DNA of 22,484 nt, taken from IMG/VR virus record IMGVR_UViG_3300021958_000026. One strand, 5' to 3'. The DNA is from an uncultured virus (IMG/VR IMGVR_UViG_3300021958_000026) (Duplodnaviria; Heunggongvirae; Uroviricota; Caudoviricetes). Positions 1 to 9,412 of this stretch are shown here, in pieces; position 1 is the first letter of the stretch, and each line of letters starts with the position of its first letter. Below the pieces are notes generated by a model, which saw nothing but the letters and a program-made list of their open reading frames with translations, did not search any database and was not told the origin of the DNA. The position numbers and the translations under genes were made by a program.

Positions 1-1
1 T

Positions 2-586
2 AAAGATAACACCTTCATCAATCTCTGCTCTTGAACCAACTCCGATTGAGTTGTTTGTTGATGGAAGGACTTTAAATTCGTTGTTGTTTGCAGATACAGC
101 AGAGTATGCACCACCTGAATCTACAGTTACTTCCTGTAGTTCCTCACCTGCAGTGAATGTGTATTCGTTGTTTGTACCTGAAGTTAGATACTTAAAGAAG
201 ATAGTTAATTCGTCATCGGATGTTTTTGCAGAAGAATCTATAACCTTTGCAACAACACCTGAAGTTTTACCACGAATTAGTTTACCATGGAATGATTCTC
301 TATATGTTTCGACAACGTCATCACCATTAGTATTTGGATTCTCAGTATCTACTTTTGCATAGTAAAGTTCTAAGTCAATACCTGACTGAACACCTGCAAC
401 AATAGAACCTTCTTTAAAGAAATGTCCACCAAGTCTTTCAACTTGGTTCTGAAGAATTGATTGTGACTGAGTTAACTCTCTTGCTTGTAGAGGTCTTCCT
501 GCTCTGAAGAGAACCTTATGAAAGTTTTTATCTTCAGAGTAGTCATCGTAGTATGGTGATATATTTAAATCAGTTTTTTCTGGCAT
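2..586 (-). CDS. VrlC-like (DUF4815-type) large virion structural protein, N-terminal part; runs off the left edge
   Basis: Not in the ORF track because it is truncated. ATG at 586, AGGA upstream. Reads MPEKTDLNISPYYDDYSEDKNFHKVLFRAGRPLQARELTQSQSILQNQVERLGGHFFKEGSIV, the PYYDD...VLF..G.PLQARELTQ.QSILQNQ N-terminus typical of the protein that follows gp8 in marine T4-like phages. Confidence 0.85.
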   Translation of the reverse strand, partial: MPEKTDLNISPYYDDYSEDKNFHKVLFRAGRPLQARELTQSQSILQNQVERLGGHFFKEGSIVAGVQSGIDLELYYAKVDTENPNTNGDDVVETYRESFHGKLIRGKTSGVVAKVIDSSAKTSDDELTIFFKYLTSGTNNEYTFTAGEELQEVTVDSGGAYSAVSANNNEFKVLPSTNNSIGVGSRAEIDEGVIF

Positions 587-603
587 GTCCTATCTCTTTA
601 TTA

Positions 604-611
604 TATTTATT
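604..611 (-). promoter_or_regulatory. Possible T4-type late promoter (AATAAATA) for the VrlC-like gene
   Basis: 7/8 match to TATAAATA in the gp8-VrlC intergenic gap, 17 nt before the ATG. Confidence 0.5.
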
Positions 612-633
612 CGTCCCCATAAAGAGGACGAAT
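609..633 (-). other. Stem-loop just after the gp8 stop codon
   Basis: Minus-strand AUUCGUCCUC-UUUAU-GGGGACGAAU, a 10-bp stem with one G-U pair. No U-tract follows. Confidence 0.55.
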
Positions 634-635
634 GA

Positions 636-2105
636 TTACATTTCAACAATCAGTTTGATATCTTCAATCTGATCAGCGGCACGTGTTACTGCACCTCTGT
701 TTTCAATGTACATAATCTTCCCTGTAAATCTTTCTACTTCAGGGTGAGTTGTACTCACGGCACTTCCACCAGTTGTTGCAACCTGTACACCGTCAACATA
801 GATAGTGTCACTATTTGCGAAGTCAACATATTGACCGCCTGAGTTTGCAACTGGAATGTGTGATACAACGTTAGTTGATGCATCAACTGATACTACTCTT
901 GATACTGCAGCACTTGAACCGTTTGAGTTTGCATTCATGATTATATCATCAACACTAATGTTACCCACTGACGATACAGTGATTTCGTTGTATGCAGTAA
1001 GTGAATCACTTGTTGATACAGTTGTTGTACCTTTAGCAAATGGGTCTTGAATTAAACCAATTCGTCTAAAATCGTTATCTGTTGGGAAGTCACCTGAACC
1101 TTCGTTGAACTCAAGTCTTGAGTTAACGATAATATAGTTACCACCAAGTTCTTCAACTGGATTAGCACCATGTCCATATATGGGTGAAATAATTACTTTT
1201 GCAGTTGCGTTTGCACCTGAACCAATACCTGTGATTCCATTGATATCAATTGATGCACGTTTGTAACCTGAACCTGCAGTTGTTACAGTGATATGAGTTA
1301 CAACATTACCTGAAACGTGAACTGTACATTCACCGTTTTGACCGTCTCCTAGGATTGCAACACCAGTGTAGTCGTTATCGTTATAACCTGACCCACCGTT
1401 TGTTACTTCAATGTGATGGACAGCACCATCAACTGCTTGGTTCTCAACATCCCATAGAGATGAACCGTCATCGGTGGCAGCAGTACCGATTCCTGTTTCA
1501 CCATCTACTTCAGTTTGAGCACCTAATGTCTTAACTGGAATAAAATCGTTTGTTACGAATTTGATTGTATCGGATGCACCGATTGTGTACATATACTTCC
1601 ATAGGTAACCTCTACCACCAGCTGCATTTGTATCAGATGTTTCAACTAATGCAGTAGGACTTGTACCTGTTGGTTTGACTGTTGATGCAATTACAGCACC
1701 ACTTGAATCTCTACCAGTTCTAATACACTTGTAGACGTGATACTCATCAGTAATTACATAAAATCTTGAGTCATATAAGTTAGTTGCACCTGATGCTACT
1801 GCAGTATTTGAAGTTGAGATGTCATGTTGATACTCATCATATGATGTTGCACCTGTTGAATCATAGTTTCTTCTTACCAAACCATGTGTCACGTCAGAAG
1901 GTGCAACCTTCTTAAGTGCAATCATGTCTGCAAATGCATCTATCTCTTCACCAACTGCATTAGCAGGTGAAGGGGGTGAATTTTCATCAGTCCAATCGAA
2001 TGAACGTCCTATAAAAATATACGTTGATGAAGCTGATTCATCAAAGTCTTCTTTGAATTGTCTCGCATTATGAGTACGAAACTTTTCGGTTATAATTGCT
2101 GCCAT
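636..2105 (-). CDS. gp8: Baseplate wedge subunit gp8
   Basis: 489 aa. MAAIIT..FR..NA..F start, FYVITDEYHVYKC, GYLWKYMYTI, FIPV, GHGANPVEELGG, NDFRRIGLIQDP and C-terminal GKIMYIENR...R..DQIEDIKLIVEM match marine T4-like gp8. AGGAGA Shine-Dalgarno (SD); lies downstream of gp7. Confidence 0.9.
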   Translation of the reverse strand: MAAIITEKFRTHNARQFKEDFDESASSTYIFIGRSFDWTDENSPPSPANAVGEEIDAFADMIALKKVAPSDVTHGLVRRNYDSTGATSYDEYQHDISTSNTAVASGATNLYDSRFYVITDEYHVYKCIRTGRDSSGAVIASTVKPTGTSPTALVETSDTNAAGGRGYLWKYMYTIGASDTIKFVTNDFIPVKTLGAQTEVDGETGIGTAATDDGSSLWDVENQAVDGAVHHIEVTNGGSGYNDNDYTGVAILGDGQNGECTVHVSGNVVTHITVTTAGSGYKRASIDINGITGIGSGANATAKVIISPIYGHGANPVEELGGNYIIVNSRLEFNEGSGDFPTDNDFRRIGLIQDPFAKGTTTVSTSDSLTAYNEITVSSVGNISVDDIIMNANSNGSSAAVSRVVSVDASTNVVSHIPVANSGGQYVDFANSDTIYVDGVQVATTGGSAVSTTHPEVERFTGKIMYIENRGAVTRAADQIEDIKLIVEM

Positions 2106-2120
2106 TTCTATCTCCTAAGA

Positions 2121-2140
2121 TATTTATCTAACTATTTATA
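2121..2140 (-). promoter_or_regulatory. Tandem T4-type late promoter boxes upstream of gp8 (TATAAATA at 2133-2140, GATAAATA at 2121-2128)
   Basis: A perfect consensus plus a 7/8 copy in the 38-nt intergenic gap, followed by an AGGAGA SD. Confidence 0.75.
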
Positions 2141-2143
2141 TAC

Positions 2144-5100
2144 TTATGCAGACTTTACATAAGTACTAAATGCAATATTTGTTCTTTTTCTTTCATGAAG
2201 AGGGTAATCAGGTATTACAGTATCAGGATAGTAATAACTAAAGTCTGATATTCGGATACCTTCTGATTTGGATTCTTCTTTTAGGAATGCACCTGTTCCA
2301 TCTTCTAGTATAAAATCATCAGAGTCAGTCTCATCTTTTAAGTAATAAGCGATGTTATATGTCCTCTGACCTTGAATAGTATTTAGTGTACGGAATGTGT
2401 GTCCCAGTGGAACAAACGTACTGATATTATTCTCTGAAGACTGTTCGTGTACAAGTACACTGCCGTCTTCCATAATCATTCTATGATAATCTTCTGTATA
2501 TATTTCATTATCAAATAAGTCAATTGACCTTTCTGAAACGAAGTACTCAAACTCTACTGGTTCTGTTGCAGATTCTAGTGTTGCAATGTCACCATCTTCC
2601 AGTAACATTCTGTCACCGTTACAATCTTTAACTATAGCATGTTCGTTTGGTTCAAATCTTAAATGATGAACATGTTCTTCCATCTCGATTCTACTACCAT
2701 CCTCTAAGACTAGTACCTCATCTTCTTGTGTAAAGACTGAGAAAATTTTACCTTGGTCTGAAGGTCTTCTTTCAGGAACTGAAGCAAAAGAGTTGATAGG
2801 TGTTAAGTATTCATCATTATCATCTGCACGACATAAGTTCAAGACTGTCATTGCATCGTCAAGTCTTGGTGAATACTGTATAGGTGTATGTGCAAATGAG
2901 TTTATAACATTAACATTAAAGTGTCTGTTCTTATGAGAAGTGTCGTAGTACTCTGACCTTGCACCAAAGTCAATACCAGCTGGGTTTGTTACTGTTGATG
3001 CAATTAACACTCCACTGTTATCTACTGTAGGTATGTTATCTTCGAGTCCTGCATCTAACAATACAACCAGTGGGTCAGGTGAAGTATCTTCCATACGGAA
3101 GTAATTGGTATCACCTAATCTCCAACCTGTTGTTTGTTCTTCTAATAATGGTTTGCCACCATCTTCAAATACGATATCTCCATGTGGGAAGAAGTCGTGT
3201 AACTCAATTTCTCTTGATGAATTGTAGAATGCATCAGGGATATTTGTTGTGTCTCTATCTAATAATAGATAATCATTTCTTGTATCAGGGATGTCTTCGA
3301 TGTGGTCTGTATCATTGATGAGGATTCTACTTCCATCCTCATAAAGCAGTTGTCCCTCACCTGTATCACCGTGAATAATGATAGTAGGACGGAATATAAC
3401 TTCAACGTTTAATGAGTTATCTACATCGTCTCTTGTTTCAATGTTAACGTTCTGCAATGAATCGTCTGCAGAAATGATACCTGCAGTTTCATCTGAAACC
3501 ACAACGTTTTTAATTGCAACCTCACCAAAGAATATGTGACCTGCAGGGTGGAGTAAATCCTTAACAGCACTTCTCCACTTGTTAATTGACTCACCAATCT
3601 TGACAACATATGAGTGTGTCTGATAGAATAAACCATCGTGGATGTTTGATGCTGATGCATCAAGTGTACTCTTATCTCCTAAGAGTTGTTCTTCAATAAG
3701 ACCTTCACCACCAAAGTTACCTCTACCATCAAATCTGTTATTTCTTAATACAACGAATGAATCTGTAAGATTGAAGTTAACAGTTTCTTCGTCTAAGAAG
3801 TCACCATTTAAATCAGTGTATATAAGGATATGTCTGTCTGCATCATAAGATACAACGGTTGCAGTTGTGCCTGATACTGCACCTGTTAATTCTATACCTG
3901 TTGTTAAATTTGTTGTCGGTGTTTTGATTAACATTGGGTGTTGTGAGGATGGTGCAATAAGACCGTCTTCACTAAAGTTATAACCCTGTTCTTCTACGTT
4001 AACTGAACCTACACCACCAATAGTACTTGACCATGCAAATAGTTTTGCACCTGTACCACTAGAAACATTGACCTGTTCCATAGTTTGTGTAGTTTCAGAT
4101 GTTCCACCAACAATTTGTTTACCAGCAAGGAATGTACCTGTATCAGTTGACCTTCTTGCAATAACTAAACGACCTTCTTTCTTTTCTATTCTAATAAGAA
4201 GACCTGTTGCAGTAGTTACACCTGATTCTGATTGATTTACCTGTTCACCGATTTGATACCCTGTAGCATTTTCTACATAAACGTATCCGCCTGGATACAC
4301 TTTTGGTATCTTTCTATAACCGACACCTTCATCGATTATATTGATTGTTCTGATTGCAGAGTTTGTTGTTTCTAAGTTTGCACGTGTACCATCTTCGTAT
4401 ACTAGATTGTTAAACTCTTGATAGATGTCTACTTGTTGTCCTACACTCAACCCACTGTTGAATGTAATTCTATCGTTTTTCTTTGCATATCCATAAGTGA
4501 CATCTGCTTCTTGGTATTCGATACCATCAACAAATACTCTAACTTTTTGGTCATTAAAGATTAGTCTGTTACCGTAATTGTCTCTACCATTGAATAGTGT
4601 TTGTCCTGCAGTTGCAGTGAATTCAAATTGTCCATACACATCTTTGTTCTCTAAGATGATTTCATCACCAACTGAACCGATAACAGCATGTGCATTACTA
4701 CCGCCAGTTTCCCTGTTGTCAAATACAACTAACTGTGGTAAACCAATTTGAAGAATAGAGTTATCAGTAAGTGCAAGTGGTTTACTTACAATCATCGATA
4801 GTCTATCTTCTGCGATAGACACTACCCTCACTCTTTGAATGTTTGTACCAAATACTTCTTGTCCAACTCTGATTGAACTGTCCAGTTCAGTAGAGAACAT
4901 TAAGTGTGTTGATGATTCTGAGTATTCTGTTACACAATATGAATTGTCTTCGTATTGTATTTCAAAACCATCTTCAGTTATCATTTGGTCTACTGTACCT
5001 TCTGTTACAGCAGAATATGTGTTATAATAACCATTACCACCATCTTCGATATAGATTTTTTCTACACCGCCAGAATTTACTGCATCAACAATTGTTCTTG

Positions 5101-6538
5101 CTGTTACAGCATCTTTATCTCTATTACCACCAACGAAATCTAATCTGTTATTAATTTCATACAGAGAACCTCTATCGCTGTTCTCTGAAATTAAACCTTC
5201 ACTCGCCTTTCTTATTATTGTACCATCAGGCACATCTGTTTCTAATCCAGTTCCATGTGGTGAACTAAGTCTTTCTAATACAAGTGTTGCAGATTCTATA
5301 ATCTCAATAATACGATATTGTGTACTGTGATTATCGAACTCAACAATGTCACCTCTATCAAAAGTTCCAATGTAATTTGCTGATAGAGTGTTGATTCCTA
5401 CTTTTTGTTTGTCTGCAATTACAGCACCTGCAGTCACTGATTGTACTACTGTCTCTATTACAATGTTATCACCTTCATCTGTAACGAAGTATATTGATGA
5501 CTTATCAAAGTTCACATCATTGATAACACCTAAGACACGTGCAGTAACATTGGTAACACCATCTCTATCTACTAGGTTTACAATTGAACCTTCAGTGAAT
5601 GTGCCAATATGATTGTCTGTGATTTCTATTGAGTAGATACCCTTGTCTGTTTCTAAGTTGTAGACGTTTTCTACAATCGACTCTGCTTCAATAAAATCAG
5701 AACCTTGTGTGTATTGTACAATTTTATCTGTTGCAGAAGGGATAAGATTTTCATTATCCATTCTAACAACCATACGTCTTTTCTGACTATGGTTTGATTC
5801 TGATATTTGAATAGTTTGGTCAAAGGGGTATCTAATTTCTGCATCTTCTCCGTAGAGAATACGCATAAGGAACTTTAATGATTCCTCTGTACCCTTCTTC
5901 TTGTATAGGGTACTAATGTTCTTAATTGCAAGTCTTTTATTCTGAACATTGTTAATGTTCAAAGACGGCACAAAATCTTTTTGGAAGTACTCTAAGAAAG
6001 ATTCTGTAGTATGGTCAATATCTGAATAATCTAAGAGACGATTGTTTGCAAGGATAGTATTTTCTTTAAATGATTTAACCTTTGCAGTAAAGTTACCATC
6101 TCTACCAGTAACCGTTTCTCCTTTTGAGAAACCATTACCTGAAATTGTTTTTAGGTATAGTGTCTGACCATTTACAACTCTAATTTCTGCAACGGAACCA
6201 CTAACGGAACCATAAACATACTCTCCGATTTGGAAAGGAGTTACTTGAACACTATCGCCATTAAATTGTTTGGTTTTCTCCTGTACAATCTTAGAAGTGT
6301 AAGCATCAGGAGATGGTGCAACGGTATAGGGTTCCAAAAGAATGGAACCCTGCCCGTCTTCTAAGACAATATCCCCAATCTCCTCAGGAGATTCGAGGAC
6401 TAGTATTTCTGCTTCTAGAAACTCAAAGTATGCCTTCAGAAACTGTTCAAGTGCAGGTGACTCCTCCCTTACAAATTCAGGTAAGAGAGAGGGTAATCTG
6501 TGTGACAGTTTGTCGACAATTAACTTTTCGTGAGACAT
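2144..6538 (-). CDS. gp7: Baseplate wedge initiator gp7-like protein with a long acidic C-terminal extension
   Basis: 1464 aa. N-terminal LPEFVREE.P..EQFLKAYFEFLE, LLDYSDIDHT...FLEYF, IKNISTLYKKKGTEESLKFLMRILYGE, and later FYQTHSYVVK......WR..VK.LLHPAGHIFFGEV motifs. Located between gp6 and gp8. Confidence 0.8.
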   Translation of the reverse strand: MSHEKLIVDKLSHRLPSLLPEFVREESPALEQFLKAYFEFLEAEILVLESPEEIGDIVLEDGQGSILLEPYTVAPSPDAYTSKIVQEKTKQFNGDSVQVTPFQIGEYVYGSVSGSVAEIRVVNGQTLYLKTISGNGFSKGETVTGRDGNFTAKVKSFKENTILANNRLLDYSDIDHTTESFLEYFQKDFVPSLNINNVQNKRLAIKNISTLYKKKGTEESLKFLMRILYGEDAEIRYPFDQTIQISESNHSQKRRMVVRMDNENLIPSATDKIVQYTQGSDFIEAESIVENVYNLETDKGIYSIEITDNHIGTFTEGSIVNLVDRDGVTNVTARVLGVINDVNFDKSSIYFVTDEGDNIVIETVVQSVTAGAVIADKQKVGINTLSANYIGTFDRGDIVEFDNHSTQYRIIEIIESATLVLERLSSPHGTGLETDVPDGTIIRKASEGLISENSDRGSLYEINNRLDFVGGNRDKDAVTARTIVDAVNSGGVEKIYIEDGGNGYYNTYSAVTEGTVDQMITEDGFEIQYEDNSYCVTEYSESSTHLMFSTELDSSIRVGQEVFGTNIQRVRVVSIAEDRLSMIVSKPLALTDNSILQIGLPQLVVFDNRETGGSNAHAVIGSVGDEIILENKDVYGQFEFTATAGQTLFNGRDNYGNRLIFNDQKVRVFVDGIEYQEADVTYGYAKKNDRITFNSGLSVGQQVDIYQEFNNLVYEDGTRANLETTNSAIRTINIIDEGVGYRKIPKVYPGGYVYVENATGYQIGEQVNQSESGVTTATGLLIRIEKKEGRLVIARRSTDTGTFLAGKQIVGGTSETTQTMEQVNVSSGTGAKLFAWSSTIGGVGSVNVEEQGYNFSEDGLIAPSSQHPMLIKTPTTNLTTGIELTGAVSGTTATVVSYDADRHILIYTDLNGDFLDEETVNFNLTDSFVVLRNNRFDGRGNFGGEGLIEEQLLGDKSTLDASASNIHDGLFYQTHSYVVKIGESINKWRSAVKDLLHPAGHIFFGEVAIKNVVVSDETAGIISADDSLQNVNIETRDDVDNSLNVEVIFRPTIIIHGDTGEGQLLYEDGSRILINDTDHIEDIPDTRNDYLLLDRDTTNIPDAFYNSSREIELHDFFPHGDIVFEDGGKPLLEEQTTGWRLGDTNYFRMEDTSPDPLVVLLDAGLEDNIPTVDNSGVLIASTVTNPAGIDFGARSEYYDTSHKNRHFNVNVINSFAHTPIQYSPRLDDAMTVLNLCRADDNDEYLTPINSFASVPERRPSDQGKIFSVFTQEDEVLVLEDGSRIEMEEHVHHLRFEPNEHAIVKDCNGDRMLLEDGDIATLESATEPVEFEYFVSERSIDLFDNEIYTEDYHRMIMEDGSVLVHEQSSENNISTFVPLGHTFRTLNTIQGQRTYNIAYYLKDETDSDDFILEDGTGAFLKEESKSEGIRISDFSYYYPDTVIPDYPLHERKRTNIAFSTYVKSA

Positions 6539-6558
6539 CTAGAAACTATACCTTATTA

Positions 6559-7035
6559 TTAAGAATTGTTGATTGTAGCACCTGAGTTTGCAACTGGTAA
6601 CCATACGGAACCATTCCAAACTAAGATACAACCTTCACCCTGTGCATTCAACACTATTTGTGGTGCAGAAACACTTGAATCATGCCATGATGAAACAGTG
6701 ATGTTAGCTGCAAATGATGATGCCATTCCTGAACAAGATAAGAACTTAATCTGACCTGTATCTGTACCGTCATCTAATGTGAAAGCAACGTCTGCAGTGA
6801 ATGATGAACCATCTACAATAGTTGTTGATGATGCAGCCAAGTCTGTCGCAGCTGATGATTCAGTTACGATGTCATTGATTGCAAGGTGAGTTGGTACGTT
6901 TTCAAAAAGTTGACCAATAGTCATCTTCTTGTTTACTGGTGTACCGCCAGGGTTATCTACGATATGCAACAAATCATCTGATCCAATATCTGAATCTGCG
7001 ACTGATGATAACGCACTAATTTTTTTATCTGCCAT
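6559..7035 (-). CDS. Small virion structural (fibre/decoration-like) protein
   Basis: 158 aa, beta-rich. Starts MADKKISAL...DDLLHIVD.P..TPVNKKMTI, a motif common at the N-termini of phage fibre-like proteins. Strong AGGAGG SD. Confidence 0.65.
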   Translation of the reverse strand: MADKKISALSSVADSDIGSDDLLHIVDNPGGTPVNKKMTIGQLFENVPTHLAINDIVTESSAATDLAASSTTIVDGSSFTADVAFTLDDGTDTGQIKFLSCSGMASSFAANITVSSWHDSSVSAPQIVLNAQGEGCILVWNGSVWLPVANSGATINNS

Positions 7036-7105
7036 TCTATTTTCCTCCTAAAATCCAATTGAATGGGAAACTACTCAGGGGACTCCTGACCACGTGTTTC
7101 ATAAG

Positions 7106-8977
7106 TTAATAATTTGTACTAGATGTTGAACGATATCCAACACCAGCACTACTTTCACCACTTGCGATGGTGTCTACTTCACCTTTGACTTTCACATCAT
7201 CAACTGATATGTCAATCAAACTACCCCTTGTTGCAACGACATCGTTACCGTCAGGAATAATAGTGAAGTCAATCGTACTATCAACATTAACCGTTGAGGT
7301 GAATGTGATGGCATTGATTGTAATTTTTCCACTGGAATACTCAATAGTACCAGCAGCACTGTCTTGATAAATTCTTGTTGAACCTGATAGGTAGTATCTT
7401 CTTAGATTACCAGCACCATCTTCGTCAAAGTATTGTGTATTTACAGAATCACCTTGTATCTTAAAACCTGTGGATGATACAACACCACCACCTGCTTTAT
7501 TGTGATTGTCATGAGGGTTATACAATGCATTACCAAAGTTTACAGTGTATCCCTTTTCTGCGTTAATACTTGCAGTCAAATTCTTTTTCAATCTAACATT
7601 AGTTGTGTTAGAAAGGATTGCAGTATTTGATGCATCGATTGATTGTAATAGTTTTGAATGTCTAAACACTGAATCAAAATTGTTTAGATTAGTTGCATCA
7701 AATTCATTGATTGCATTGGTCACTATGTTTTCCAATTCACCTACCGATAGGTCAGTATTCTTTGCATTATATTTGAAAGTAGTTGATAAAAGAATCTTAG
7801 TGATTTCAGGTTCGACAATAATAGGTCTTACTGTTAAAATGTTTAGTGCCTTTAATTTGTCTACTACTGTTTTCTTTTCTGTGTCTGATAGATAGTCTGC
7901 ATTGTTTGGTTTGATTGCAAGGAACACTTTACCATACTCAGGTGGGTCATTGTCTTCACCACCCCACACTGCAACTGCATCTGCATTCGGATAATACTCA
8001 CTGACCTTTGCTTTGTAGTCATTCAATGTTACCAGTCTGTTTTGTGAAGTGTAGAATTTGTTTGCTTTAAACTTGATAGACTCAATTGATTCTTTCTCTG
8101 CACCACCTGTTGAACTCTGTTTAGTTGTAATAACTGCATCAAAGAAACCGTTGATACCACTCTGCATGTTGAAGATGTTTGCACCATCAGCATGTTCTTC
8201 ATCTACCACAATATAAGTTACAGTGATGAGGTCACCGTCTTTTAATCTCTTACCTAATACACCGTCACCAAAATAAATCTCTGTAAACTGTTCATCATTC
8301 TCTTGAGCATAATACACTCTTGATTCAGTGTTGATGTTTGAGATATCTGTAGACAAAGTGTAGGTTTCTATATCACCATTTGAATCTACAGTAACTGTGA
8401 TGTGTGACTTGTCAACTCTACTATTTGATAACACATACTTTGGATTTTGTATTTGATTATCATGTATGTACTTGTCGGTTACATACTGACCTTGTACTAA
8501 GTTTACATCAGAATAAAAATAATTTGTTTTGTTTTGTTGAGGTCTTACTGAACTAGGTACAACAAACTCATAAGTTGTACCGTCATATGAAGTACTAAAG
8601 ATAGCACCCCTTTGAAGAATCATATTTGTAGTTGATGGTAATGACCCATCAGGATTTCTTACATTTCTTAGATTAATATCTACAATTGCAGAAGAACATT
8701 TTTCTGATGCAGGTGTAAACCCTAAGTCCTTTGCACGTGACACTACATTCTTTCTAATTTGTGCAGAGTCTAAGAATAACTCTGAAGCTGCAATGTTTGT
8801 GTTTACTGCACTGATATGTGATGAGTATGCAAGTAAGTCAATAAGCATAGACATTGTTGACCCTTCGAAGTCATAGTCTTTGAATTTCTCTTGACCTTTT
8901 AGATAAGACTTGAGATTAAGTGCAATCTCATCGAAGTCTAAATCGGATACATTAATTTTTGAACTGTCTATTGCCAT
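7106..8977 (-). CDS. gp6: Baseplate wedge subunit gp6
   Basis: 623 aa. LDFDEI..NLKSYLK.Q..FKDYDFEGS.MS.LIDLLAY, E.FLDSAQIRKNVVSRAK.LG, IYFGDGVLG, ESIESIKF.A...YTSQNR.VT..DY, VWGGEDNDPPEYGKVF. Confidence 0.93.
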   Translation of the reverse strand: MAIDSSKINVSDLDFDEIALNLKSYLKGQEKFKDYDFEGSTMSMLIDLLAYSSHISAVNTNIAASELFLDSAQIRKNVVSRAKDLGFTPASEKCSSAIVDINLRNVRNPDGSLPSTTNMILQRGAIFSTSYDGTTYEFVVPSSVRPQQNKTNYFYSDVNLVQGQYVTDKYIHDNQIQNPKYVLSNSRVDKSHITVTVDSNGDIETYTLSTDISNINTESRVYYAQENDEQFTEIYFGDGVLGKRLKDGDLITVTYIVVDEEHADGANIFNMQSGINGFFDAVITTKQSSTGGAEKESIESIKFKANKFYTSQNRLVTLNDYKAKVSEYYPNADAVAVWGGEDNDPPEYGKVFLAIKPNNADYLSDTEKKTVVDKLKALNILTVRPIIVEPEITKILLSTTFKYNAKNTDLSVGELENIVTNAINEFDATNLNNFDSVFRHSKLLQSIDASNTAILSNTTNVRLKKNLTASINAEKGYTVNFGNALYNPHDNHNKAGGGVVSSTGFKIQGDSVNTQYFDEDGAGNLRRYYLSGSTRIYQDSAAGTIEYSSGKITINAITFTSTVNVDSTIDFTIIPDGNDVVATRGSLIDISVDDVKVKGEVDTIASGESSAGVGYRSTSSTNY

Positions 8978-9399
8978 TATCGAACCCTAGTAATTGTGAA
9001 GTTTATCTGTTGACCCCTTAGTCCATTAACTATACTGTAGAAAACTGTTACGTCTAATTTATTATTATCACCCAATGTATTAAAAGAAACATCTACGTCT
9101 CTTGCACGAGGTTCAAATCTTTCGATTTGTTCTTTGATTTTATTCTTAAGTCTTTTAACCTTACTAGTGGTGTCTAGTTCAAATAGATTATCTCTTACTG
9201 ATGCACCGAAGTTAGGTTTAAAGGGTCTTTCATATTTATTCGTTTGTATAATGTTCCTAACAGCACGTCTAACTGCATCCGTGTCTTTACGAAGTGTAAT
9301 ATCACCTGTAATCGGATGAGGTTTAAAGGATAAATCCAAGTCTGCATATGCAGCTTTGGTGGCAATTGTCTTGCCTTCTGACTTTACGTAATCTACCAT
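8977..9399 (-). CDS. gp25: Baseplate wedge subunit gp25
   Basis: 140 aa. Y.DLDLSF..HP.TGDI....D..AV.RAVRNII.T...ERPF.P.FG...LFE...I...EPR is the gp25/GPW signature. Confidence 0.92.
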   Translation of the reverse strand: MVDYVKSEGKTIATKAAYADLDLSFKPHPITGDITLRKDTDAVRRAVRNIIQTNKYERPFKPNFGASVRDNLFELDTTSKVKRLKNKIKEQIERFEPRARDVDVSFNTLGDNNKLDVTVFYSIVNGLRGQQINFTITRVR

Positions 9400-9404
9400 G
9401 TAAC

Positions 9405-9412
9405 TATTTATA
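9405..9412 (-). promoter_or_regulatory. T4-type late promoter TATAAATA for gp25
   Basis: Perfect consensus overlapping the stop codon of the upstream 862-aa gene, 5 nt before the gp25 ATG. Confidence 0.75.

Noticed and set aside
51..362. 103-aa plus-strand ORF, and the other short ORFs nested in structural genes
   Set aside because: Antisense or off-frame to well-supported genes; here the real gene is the minus-strand VrlC-like ORF.
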